Below, piece by piece: positions 1 through 6,686 of a stretch of DNA of 27,153 bases. The notes beneath the pieces are model-generated. The model saw nothing but the letters and a program-made list of their open reading frames with translations. It searched no databases and was not told where the DNA came from. The stretch covers positions 1 to 27,153 of IMG/VR virus record IMGVR_UViG_3300027518_000028. One strand, written 5' to 3'. This stretch comes from a virus (Duplodnaviria; Caudoviricetes). Each line of letters starts with the position of its first letter. The first letter of the stretch is position 1. Both the position numbers and the translations under genes were made by a program.

Positions 1-3
1 CTT

Positions 4-303
4 TTACACAAGTCCAGGGTGTATACCCTTGTCTCGGTACTCTGAGAGCCTGGGGCCCCGTGCCTTGCTTGCCTCTTCACTTGTTTTACGTTTGTGGTGC
101 CAAGTGCACAAGAGTCTCAGGTTATTTAGGTCGTGGCTTCCGCCGGCCGCCAGGTTTACTATATGGTCCACGTCCGAGCCCTTGTGTGTGCAACCGCTCT
201 CGTCTTGACATTGTCCGCCAGCTCTCTGTATTACTAACTGTCTAGTGTTCGACCACCCTAGGGGGTCTTTAGGTCTACGGCTCGAGTCCCAGTTATGCGA
301 CAT
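4..303 (-). CDS. HNH endonuclease (probably terminase/cos-associated)
   Basis: C-Q...C, DVDHIVNL..GG.HDLNNLRLLC.WHH..KT HNH motif; last gene before the genome end, a typical position in cos-type siphoviruses. Confidence 0.9.
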   Translation of the reverse strand: MSHNWDSSRRPKDPLGWSNTRQLVIQRAGGQCQDESGCTHKGSDVDHIVNLAAGGSHDLNNLRLLCTWHHKRKTSEEASKARGPRLSEYRDKGIHPGLV

Positions 304-340
304 AGGGGGGGTCTCCGACGATATGTAAGATATAAGCGCG

Positions 341-471
341 ACCGTTTGTACACTACCGTTTTAGCACTCTATACGCTACCGGAATATCACTTTGTCGGCG
401 TACCCAGTCAGGTTAGTGTTTGTCGGCGAGCGCCGTAACCGTTTGTATAAATATGTATGCCAACGTTTATA
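341..471. repeat. Cluster of short direct repeats in the non-coding interval upstream of the terminal HNH
   Basis: ACCGTTTGTA at 341-350 and 438-447 (variants ACCGTTTT at 355 and AACGTTTATA at 462); TTTGTCGGCG at 391-400 and 419-428. Confidence 0.55.
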
Positions 472-497
472 GAGGTATCGGGCTATTAGTTTTGTTG

Positions 498-575
498 TGG
501 ACGCGGCGAGAGTCGAACTCGCGTACGGATCGTGTCCACGTGTGGCTTTACTATCCGGCGTAACCTATCGCGCCC
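498..575 (-). ncRNA. Minimal tmRNA-like RNA (tRNA-like domain only, Ala identity)
   Basis: Minus strand: GGGCGCG AUAGGUUACGC CGGAU..22 nt..AUCCG UAC GCGAG UUCGACU CUCGC CGCGUCC A. It has a 7-bp acceptor stem with G3-U, discriminator A, a canonical T arm, a stemless D-loop with GG and no anticodon arm. Confidence 0.75.
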
Positions 576-895
576 TACTCGGTGGGCAGACGTACACTAT
601 TGGACCAGCGCTGTCCTGCGTCTCCACCCCACGCGTCCCACGCCACACGGCCTGGGCTAGGGTAGCCGTCCTCGCCACGTGTAAACCCTTGCGCTTCCTT
701 GTCTACCTCGTGTCGTGCAAAGTATGAGCGCATACGCTCGATAGTTTCCTCGGATACTGGGCGACCGTTGGCTAGTTGCACAGCTCTCGCCCTACCAGTG
801 TCTGTAAAGCCTGAGCCGGCTCGGCGCTCAGCGATCCATATTAGGGCTCGCTTGGCTGCCTCTTGGACGTCGGCCGGTGGGTTATACGTCGCCAC
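575..895 (-). CDS. Conserved phage hypothetical protein (RAxQL...RMxSYFARH...AWDAWGG domain)
   Basis: GTG start coupled to the upstream stop (TAGTG); from recall, this motif set occurs in phage head-associated proteins. Confidence 0.75.
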   Translation of the reverse strand: MATYNPPADVQEAAKRALIWIAERRAGSGFTDTGRARAVQLANGRPVSEETIERMRSYFARHEVDKEAQGFTRGEDGYPSPGRVAWDAWGGDAGQRWSNSVRLPTE

Positions 896-1050
896 TACTT
901 GACCGGTCTAAGGTGTCTAGTCGCAGTCTTGCGTTTCGCTCGGTTCGCACCGACTCGAACAACAGCAAACATTAGCGCAGACACAAACACTACGCTCATT
1001 AGGGCTAGAGGCACAGCAATTACCCACCCGATAAACTCCCATACGCTCAT
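895..1050 (-). CDS. Small single-TM membrane protein, 51 aa (not in ORF track)
   Basis: MSVWEFIGWVIAVPLALMSVVFVSALMFAVVRVGANRAKRKTATRHLRPVK; ATGA overlap upstream, TAGTG overlap downstream, GAGG-rich RBS. Confidence 0.7.
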   Translation of the reverse strand: MSVWEFIGWVIAVPLALMSVVFVSALMFAVVRVGANRAKRKTATRHLRPVK

Positions 1051-1283
1051 AACTCCACCTCACCGTAGGCTGACTTACCCCACTCGAGTAAACCGGTTAC
1101 AGCATACAACGGGGTCGTAGCTGCGCGAAACACTACAATCTCTGCGCTTTCGCCGTCCGAGTCCATAGTGGCCGTCGAGGCGACCACTACCCAGTCGCGC
1201 ACAAAGTCTGCAACCTCTAACGCTTCGTCGAGCACGTGCTCGCTAATGGCCCGACCTAACGCGTCGTAAGTCTCGGCCGACAT
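1047..1283 (-). CDS. Hypothetical acidic protein
   Basis: 78-aa ORF with GAGAGG RBS, coupled to the next gene. Confidence 0.7.
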   Translation of the reverse strand: MSAETYDALGRAISEHVLDEALEVADFVRDWVVVASTATMDSDGESAEIVVFRAATTPLYAVTGLLEWGKSAYGEVEL

Positions 1284-1398
1284 AAAATACCTCTCGTAAA
1301 CCTGGCGTAGTCCCTGTCTTATTGGCTAAAGCCTCGACCGCCAAACGGTAGTCGTATCGTAGAGTGTGGACTATTGCCATAGGTCACTTAAAGTAAAC

Positions 1399-2136
1399 CT
1401 AAATAGATCGTAAAGTGCTAGTGCCGTCGGCGCGTTTAAGGCGCTGCCATTTACCGCAGTCGTGGCACCTGTAGCGAGGGTATGACTGGCTTGTCGTGTA
1501 GTAACGGCCTCGCACGGTTATATGGTCACTACCGCAAGCCACACACGACTCGGGTTTACCGTTCGAGAGCGCAGTGTTAGGTAGTTGACCGTCGGCCCAC
1601 GGGCGCAGTTTCTCGTAGAGCTCCACGAGTAGCTTTACGTCTTGTATCTGATATTTGCGCATAGTGCGCCAAGCTTTATCGTCGCCAGCCATAACGTCGA
1701 GCCATAACTGAAAACCGGTGTGGGATACTTTCGCTCCAACACCTAAACGTTGTGCAACGTAGTCGAGCTTGTTGCTCGGAAACCTAAACAAGCGTTTTAC
1801 CAACGCCATAAGGTCAAAGTCTTTAGTCGGGCTCGGCGGCAACATACCGGCCTCTAAAAATTCTCGGCGGATATGTTTGTGGTCAAAGCCTTTAGAATTC
1901 CAGCCAACAATAACGTCGGCCTCGTCCATTAGATCGTAGAGCGCCTGCAACATACCGGCTTTACCGTCGTGGTAGACCGAGTGAAAATATGTACGCTTCT
2001 CGCCGTACCACTGAGCTCCGAAACAGATAACCTCGGTACTCGAGACAATCTGCGAGAGGCTAACGTTCTGCTGCCACAAGCCCCACGTGTGAGCCGTCAT
2101 AGGCGACGTCTCTAAATCAAAAAAGAGGATACGCAT
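1399..2136 (-). CDS. DnaQ/RNase H-like 3'-5' exonuclease with C-terminal Zn ribbon
   Basis: ExoI FDLETS, ExoII GWNSKGFD, ExoIII YQIQDV, KLDYVAQRLG; C-terminal CVAC...CHDC. Confidence 0.85.
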   Translation of the reverse strand: MRILFFDLETSPMTAHTWGLWQQNVSLSQIVSSTEVICFGAQWYGEKRTYFHSVYHDGKAGMLQALYDLMDEADVIVGWNSKGFDHKHIRREFLEAGMLPPSPTKDFDLMALVKRLFRFPSNKLDYVAQRLGVGAKVSHTGFQLWLDVMAGDDKAWRTMRKYQIQDVKLLVELYEKLRPWADGQLPNTALSNGKPESCVACGSDHITVRGRYYTTSQSYPRYRCHDCGKWQRLKRADGTSTLRSI

Positions 2137-2930
2137 TAGTGCCTCTCGATTTTGGGCAGACTAATAGAGCGCACCTCAATAGTACCACAATTCTCGAACA
2201 TTTGTTCGACACTTTCCGCGTTTTCGTTATCGGCGTGTCTCAGCTCTTCGCTTTGGTCTATTTCGTACCTGAGCTGGCGCATACCTCGACCGTGTAGCCA
2301 CGTCGCCGAGCACGCAATACAACGCGCTTTAGTGTGATCTAGAGACCGGTACTCGACGATACGAGACTCGACCAGAATTGCGCGACGGTAAACGCCTTGC
2401 TCGTCGTTGCCGTGTGTGGCTTCACAGCGAGGGCACGGCGCAGTAATCTCTAACGCTGTAGGTGGGCTCAGTTTGCTCTCTATCGCGTAAGCCATAGCGT
2501 TTAGTTTGCGTAGCTTGGCTGCCATAACCTCGGCCGACACTTTACGGGCGTTCACCTGATTTTTAAACTCGATATACCAGTGCCGTAGGTTACTCTCTGG
2601 GCTCGCAAACGGTTTAGCGTCCGTCACCTCTTTAAACAGCTTTACCGCCTGCCCACGGATCGCTTCGTAATGTTCCAGCGCGTCCGCGTCGATAACGTTA
2701 CGCTCCGACGCTAACCCTGCGCCTTGCACTGTAGAGCCGAGACTTGAATGCACCGCCATACGTAGCTGGACGATTAGGGCGTCGTGCAACATAGTAACCC
2801 GTTGCTCTTTACCCTCGTCCTCTACCAACACCTCGGACTTGTGGACCCGTGTAAGCCGGTCCACAACGTTTAGTAATTCTTCCAGGTGGTTAAAAGGGTG
2901 CACTAGCGTCGACCTGGGTGCCTGGGCCAA
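2136..2930 (-). CDS. Conserved actinophage protein with C-terminal Zn ribbon (possible transcription regulator); start uncertain
   Basis: 264-aa ORF with CPRC...CIAC, at the end of the early region; TAATG coupling to the exonuclease. Confidence 0.65.
   Translation of the reverse strand: MAQAPRSTLVHPFNHLEELLNVVDRLTRVHKSEVLVEDEGKEQRVTMLHDALIVQLRMAVHSSLGSTVQGAGLASERNVIDADALEHYEAIRGQAVKLFKEVTDAKPFASPESNLRHWYIEFKNQVNARKVSAEVMAAKLRKLNAMAYAIESKLSPPTALEITAPCPRCEATHGNDEQGVYRRAILVESRIVEYRSLDHTKARCIACSATWLHGRGMRQLRYEIDQSEELRHADNENAESVEQMFENCGTIEVRSISLPKIERH
2179..2209 (-). promoter_or_regulatory. Putative promoter (TGTGG-TACTAT extended -10) overlapped by an actinobacterial LexA/SOS box
   Basis: TCGAAC-ATTT-GTTCGA at 2194-2209 matches the TCGAAC-N4-GTTCGA consensus exactly; -10 TACTAT at 2184-2179 on the minus strand. 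Confidence 0.7.
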
Positions 2931-3264
2931 CCGTCGCCCACGTTTCTGTAACGGCCGCCACCCCCACCTTGTCAGACATTACGGGCGAGTCCACAACTGT
3001 TACGCGAGGCTTGTTTACCTTAAGGGCGACCGCGTAACCTTTACCGCTGCCGTCGCGCTTGTCGTACTCGTCAACGCTTGCAGAGAGTAGGCCCTCAACG
3101 TTTACCACCGATCCCTCGGCTAAATTGTGTGCCTCGTCAAAGAATAGTGAGTACTTGGTCGTGCGCTCCGAGCCCTGGGTTACGTAACGCTCCACAACCT
3201 GAGCGCCTTTACCCTCCCAAAAAACGCGAGTCACTTGCACTTGGTTTAGTGTGATTTTAGCCAC
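2890..3264 (-). CDS. ssb: Single-stranded DNA-binding protein (putative)
   Basis: OB-fold-like beta pattern (GSVVNVEGLL, EYDKRDG) and C-terminal D..APF tail typical of SSBs. Confidence 0.7.
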   Translation of the reverse strand: MAKITLNQVQVTRVFWEGKGAQVVERYVTQGSERTTKYSLFFDEAHNLAEGSVVNVEGLLSASVDEYDKRDGSGKGYAVALKVNKPRVTVVDSPVMSDKVGVAAVTETWATVGPGTQVDASAPF

Positions 3265-3295
3265 GATACCCCTTAAAGAATTGTTTAGGTCGCCT

Positions 3296-3325
3296 ACAGT
3301 ATTACACGCGTGTAATTAGACTCAA
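3296..3325 (-). promoter_or_regulatory. Putative ssb promoter (TTGAGT-N18-TACTGT) with a perfect 16-bp palindrome in the spacer
   Basis: ATTACACGCGTGTAAT at 3301-3316, in one of the few intergenic gaps. Confidence 0.55.
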
Positions 3326-3328
3326 GGT

Positions 3329-3613
3329 TTAACGTTTTCTGGCGTGTCGTTTCACGTCGGGAAAATAAACCCAGGTCCGACCTTTACGTTTCTCCCACCG
3401 GATTTTACCGGTCGCAGTCCAACGTCTCAAACTCTGGACGCTGTAGCGTATAGCGTTAGCCGCTCTCGTTATTGTTTGCCAGTCGTCCGTAGACTCTGGC
3501 GGTGCCGTTATAGCTTTAAAACTATATTGTGGTGTCGGTGCCGTGTAGCGGTAATGGCGTTCAGCCTCGAGCTTGTCCAGGTCAATACCCAACAGCTCTG
3601 CATAGTTAGACAT
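3329..3613 (-). CDS. Protein with C-terminal Xis/MerR-like HTH
   Basis: WQTITRAANAIRYSVQSLRRWTATGKI...GRTWVYFPDV; ATG start at 3613. Confidence 0.7.
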   Translation of the reverse strand: MSNYAELLGIDLDKLEAERHYRYTAPTPQYSFKAITAPPESTDDWQTITRAANAIRYSVQSLRRWTATGKIRWEKRKGRTWVYFPDVKRHARKR

Positions 3614-3770
3614 TGGCCGGTAGTTTCCCGTCGACAAGCCTCACTATTAAAGTGTCTTGCCGTCGGCCGCTAATATTCTCCGACGCGTCACCGTTACACA
3701 GTGAGGCGATCGCTTCGTCGCTCATACGTCGAAACCCTGGCGGTGTCCAAAACGGCATAAACTCACTCAT
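3606..3770 (-). CDS. Hypothetical protein, 54 aa (not in ORF track)
   Basis: MSEFMPFWTPPGFRRMSDEAIASLCNG...KLPANV; AGAGGG RBS; fills the gap and overlaps the next start. Confidence 0.5.
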   Translation of the reverse strand: MSEFMPFWTPPGFRRMSDEAIASLCNGDASENISGRRQDTLIVRLVDGKLPANV

Positions 3771-3782
3771 AACAAACCCTCT

Positions 3783-3998
3783 CTAAGAATTGTCAAGAAT
3801 ATCTACCGGCTCGACGGCCGCCCAGTCAACTTTAGAAACGTCGCGGTAATTAGGCACGTTAGGCCAGTGAGCCTCGAGCACAGTGCTCGGCGCGTCCTCC
3901 CACTCACAGTGCCACACAACCTCGGCGTTAAAACTCTCGGTAACGGCTATGTCGAGACCGCCATAACCGCTAAAAAGAGAGCCCACTTTAAGAGTCAA
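3783..3998 (-). pseudogene. Truncated DNA cytosine-5 methyltransferase (N-terminal fragment)
   Basis: Motif I SLFSGYGGLD, motif II WHCEW, motif III YRDVSKVD, then VDIL-DNS-stop just before the catalytic GGFPCQ; I found no continuation in other frames. Confidence 0.8.
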
Positions 3999-4414
3999 AA
4001 TATGGCGTCCTCGTACACGTTCGCCACCGCCCACAAGTGCAAACGGTCCGACGGAATACTCAAAGACTTTTTATAGATCGTGATACAACACTCAACACAA
4101 GCCGTAATAAGTAAACCGTGCGCTGCACAACGAGGCTGTGGATCGCTTACCCCGTTCTCTTCAGACTCACGAGCTAACCTCGCGGCCTCCGTGTTTAAGT
4201 CTTTGACCGCGTCGTGCGACTTAGCTATAACGTGTTTAGGCTCGACCCAATTTATGTTTACGTCCTGGCGAGCTTTAAGCAAAGCCAGCTCGGCCACCTG
4301 GTACGACAAGTACCCGACCAGCTCGTGCCAACTATCCACCACACCGTCGTTAACGGTCCTGTTATCCAATACGGCTAGTTTGCGCACTAACCGCTCTGTC
4401 TCTAGTTTCTGCAT
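3995..4414 (-). CDS. Putative helicase loader/inhibitor-like replication protein
   Basis: Immediately follows the initiator; DNRT....DSW..L...WVEPKHV pattern recalled from actinophage replication modules; C-terminal Cys/His cluster. Confidence 0.5.
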   Translation of the reverse strand: MQKLETERLVRKLAVLDNRTVNDGVVDSWHELVGYLSYQVAELALLKARQDVNINWVEPKHVIAKSHDAVKDLNTEAARLARESEENGVSDPQPRCAAHGLLITACVECCITIYKKSLSIPSDRLHLWAVANVYEDAIF

Positions 4415-5121
4415 TACTTACTCTCTCTCTCTAGTTCGCGCAGTCTATCTAAATTCTCTTGCGCCCTCGTCTTAGACTCTCCACGTTTAGATCGTGCCGG
4501 TAACGGCCCGTCCTCCCACCGCTCACCATTAAGCCAAGTAGCCGGATACGGGATATAAGCCCTCGCCGGTAAATTAGGGTCCTCGGCGAAACGCTGCGCA
4601 CCCTCCACCACCGGCTTTAGTTTCTTACGGTCAATCTTTCTAAACGCTTTACGAGCTCGAGCCTTGTCGACCTTGTGGGGATAGCTCGACCAAAAGAGCT
4701 CGAATTGCTTGCTATACATACTCTCTATTGGTTCTAGTTCATTGGTTATAGTTCGTATGGCTATTTTGTCGCCCCCCCTATGGCTATTTTGTCGCCCCCC
4801 TATGGTTATTTTGTCGCCCCCCCTAATGCGCTTCAGAGTGTAAACGCTGCTACGTTGCCCACCCTCGTCTCGGCGTAACTCTTTGCCAATAGCGCCAGCC
4901 TCAATAAGCTCAGTTATCGCACGATCCACAGACTTAACCGTGCACTTAGCCCTCGTCGCCAGGGTGCCTCGAGCCGGCCAAGCCGTCAAAGTCTGATTAT
5001 CGGCGTACCGAGCGATAAGGGCGTAAATTCTTATAGCTTTGTGGCTCACCTCACTATCGAGTAGCCACTCTGGAATAATCGAAAATTTTAGGTCTGCGTC
5101 GACCTCGCTACTCTCAGCCAT
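4414..5121 (-). CDS. Replication initiator (N-terminal wHTH, C-terminal DnaD-like domain)
   Basis: AWPARGTLA...TVKSVDRAITELIEAG HTH; FELFWSSYPHK...YIPYPATWLNGERWED; internal iterons. Confidence 0.85.
   Translation of the reverse strand: MAESSEVDADLKFSIIPEWLLDSEVSHKAIRIYALIARYADNQTLTAWPARGTLATRAKCTVKSVDRAITELIEAGAIGKELRRDEGGQRSSVYTLKRIRGGDKITIGGRQNSHRGGDKIAIRTITNELEPIESMYSKQFELFWSSYPHKVDKARARKAFRKIDRKKLKPVVEGAQRFAEDPNLPARAYIPYPATWLNGERWEDGPLPARSKRGESKTRAQENLDRLRELERESK
4756..4825. repeat. Three tandem 22-23 bp repeats (iterons, probable replication origin)
   Basis: TATGGYTATTTTGTCG-C7/C6/C7 at 4756, 4779 and 4801, inside the initiator linker as in lambda O. Confidence 0.8.
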
Positions 5122-5527
5122 AAATCTCTCTCAGTCTCTCTAGTGCCTCTTCGTCACTTACCGGCAGACGTTCAGTATGTACCAGCCAGTGCCACCCGTC
5201 AAAATAACACACCGGCACGTCTGCAATATCCCACGAGTCGACAACCCACCTCGATATAGCCCACCCACGAGCCCTGTAAGCCTCTCTAGCGTCCGCGTTC
5301 TCCGTCTCTAGTACATTATGACCCCAGCACAAACTCAACAGCCAGGACGGGCTTGTATCGTATTGGGCGCTGCCGCCCATACCGCGCCCTACCCTGTGTT
5401 GTATCGTCAAGTCGCCGTAGCACGGTCGCATAAACCCCGTCGCAACACAGACACCGCCGTCGCGATCGTAAACGGTCTGGCGTACACGCTCCACGTTTGC
5501 TCTAGAGCGTTTACCCTTTGTCGACAT
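5114..5527 (-). CDS. HNH-like endonuclease
   Basis: RDGGVC...C..DLTIQHRVGRGMGGS...LLSLCWGHN. Confidence 0.75.
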   Translation of the reverse strand: MSTKGKRSRANVERVRQTVYDRDGGVCVATGFMRPCYGDLTIQHRVGRGMGGSAQYDTSPSWLLSLCWGHNVLETENADAREAYRARGWAISRWVVDSWDIADVPVCYFDGWHWLVHTERLPVSDEEALERLREIYG

Positions 5528-5675
5528 TATGCATAGCTTGTAACAACGTTATCGTCGCCATTTCTGCCGCTTGTGGGCTCCACCCTTGCGCGAGAAACTG
5601 ATTTTTAACCCCCGACAACATAGAGACCGCCTCGGTAAAATTCTCTAGCGCCCTAAAAATATCGGGCTCACTCAC
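5511..5675 (-). CDS. Hypothetical protein, 54 aa
   Basis: GTG start overlapping the resolvase stop; fills the operon gap. Confidence 0.6.
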   Translation of the reverse strand: MSEPDIFRALENFTEAVSMLSGVKNQFLAQGWSPQAAEMATITLLQAMHNVDKG

Positions 5676-6006
5676 TCGACGGCCGGCCAACAATATCGAA
5701 CAACGTTTCGAGCGACATTGTTACCCACCACTCTTTAGCGTCCGCTTTACCCACTCGTTTATGGATCACTACCGGCGGTTTATCGTGCGCCTGCTCGACC
5801 GCTTGCGCCCACCACCCAGCCAAGTCAAGCCGTGCCTGATTTTTGACCTCGATAGCGCACGGAAAATTGGTAACAATATCCTCGCCCGACTGGTAACCGC
5901 CACGCGCCGCCCTCGACGTTACCGCCGTCCACCCTGCGCCCTCTAACGCTTTGACAACCTCGACCTCGGCCGCGTTACCTTTACGTCTCGAGCTTGCACC
6001 ACTCAT
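5668..6006 (-). CDS. Hjc-like Holliday junction resolvase (PD-(D/E)XK)
   Basis: SRRKGNAAE...GEDI...IEVKN motif. Confidence 0.85.
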   Translation of the reverse strand: MSGASSRRKGNAAEVEVVKALEGAGWTAVTSRAARGGYQSGEDIVTNFPCAIEVKNQARLDLAGWWAQAVEQAHDKPPVVIHKRVGKADAKEWWVTMSLETLFDIVGRPSSE

Positions 6007-6164
6007 TAGGTGCCGACGTCTTTAGGCCACCACTCAACACAGACCCATAGGTTTACGACGTGAACTACCAGCGACCAGCCAGGCTGGTAAGTCAGCTCTA
6101 CACCCCACCGGTCACTCGAGCCAACAGCAATAAGTAGTCGGCCTATCTTTAGTTTCTTGTACAT
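6006..6164 (-). CDS. Hypothetical Trp-rich protein, 52 aa (not in ORF track)
   Basis: MYKKLKIGRLLIAVGSSDRWGVELTYQPGWSLVVHVVNLWVCVEWWPKDVGT; TAATG coupling at both ends. Confidence 0.65.
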   Translation of the reverse strand: MYKKLKIGRLLIAVGSSDRWGVELTYQPGWSLVVHVVNLWVCVEWWPKDVGT

Positions 6165-6502
6165 TACGCTTGTCCCCACTCGAGTCGAACTAACGGGCCC
6201 AACGATCTACCGACCTCGAGACGGTCGCGTAACGCCCTAATCGCTGTAATAGACGCCCTGTGTTGTTGGTCCGCAATTTCCGCCCCAAAATATAGTTCCG
6301 CCGTTTCCAGCTCAGCCGTATACTTGCGCACGTCCATAGCGCCCTCGGCCGTTAGAAACGCTCGAGCGTACGCTGTTTTAAACGTAGCCCTAGCTCGTAC
6401 CGCCGCCTCGTCGAGCCTCGCAATATCGTCGGTAGCCTCGTCAATATCCTTAGCGATACGGGTAAGCGTGTCGATAATCTGTGCCGGCGTTAAATTACTC
6501 AC
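6164..6502 (-). CDS. Helical/coiled-coil hypothetical protein (possibly a recombination mediator)
   Basis: GTG start at 6502; all-alpha pattern; lies in the recombination module; function is speculative. Confidence 0.6.
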   Translation of the reverse strand: MSNLTPAQIIDTLTRIAKDIDEATDDIARLDEAAVRARATFKTAYARAFLTAEGAMDVRKYTAELETAELYFGAEIADQQHRASITAIRALRDRLEVGRSLGPLVRLEWGQA

Positions 6503-6686
6503 TCGGTAGCCACTCCCCACCAGGCTCCAAGTCCTCGGCAATAGATAGCGCGACCATTTGGTCGATAGCGTCCCTACGTGTCCTATGGCACCCGATAGTC
6601 TCGCCGCTCTCTTTTAGCACACCCCACGGGCGCGACGGCCGACAATCTGCAACACTCTGCAAGTCCGTAAAGTAATAAGGTGACAT
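6495..6686 (-). CDS. Small conserved phage protein (PY...C...W.V.K..G..IGCH.T..DAIDQMVA domain)
   Basis: 63-aa ORF coupled to both neighbours; motif recalled from aquatic phage proteins. Confidence 0.7.
   Translation of the reverse strand: MSPYYFTDLQSVADCRPSRPWGVLKESGETIGCHRTRRDAIDQMVALSIAEDLEPGGEWLPSE

Noticed and set aside
498-575. Calling this element an ordinary tRNA-Ala
   Set aside because: No D stem and no 7-nt anticodon loop; the architecture fits a tmRNA TLD better
1399-2136. DNA polymerase
   Set aside because: Only the exonuclease motifs and a Zn ribbon are present; there is no polymerase domain
3329-3613. Excisionase implying an integration system
   Set aside because: The HTH fold is generic, and I found no tyrosine or serine integrase or att site
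3791-3796. Consensus TTGACA (-35) at the methyltransferase truncation point
   Set aside because: No convincing -10 at 16-18 nt spacing
4756-4825. CRISPR-like mini-array
   Set aside because: The repeats are directly tandem with no spacers and lie inside the initiator gene
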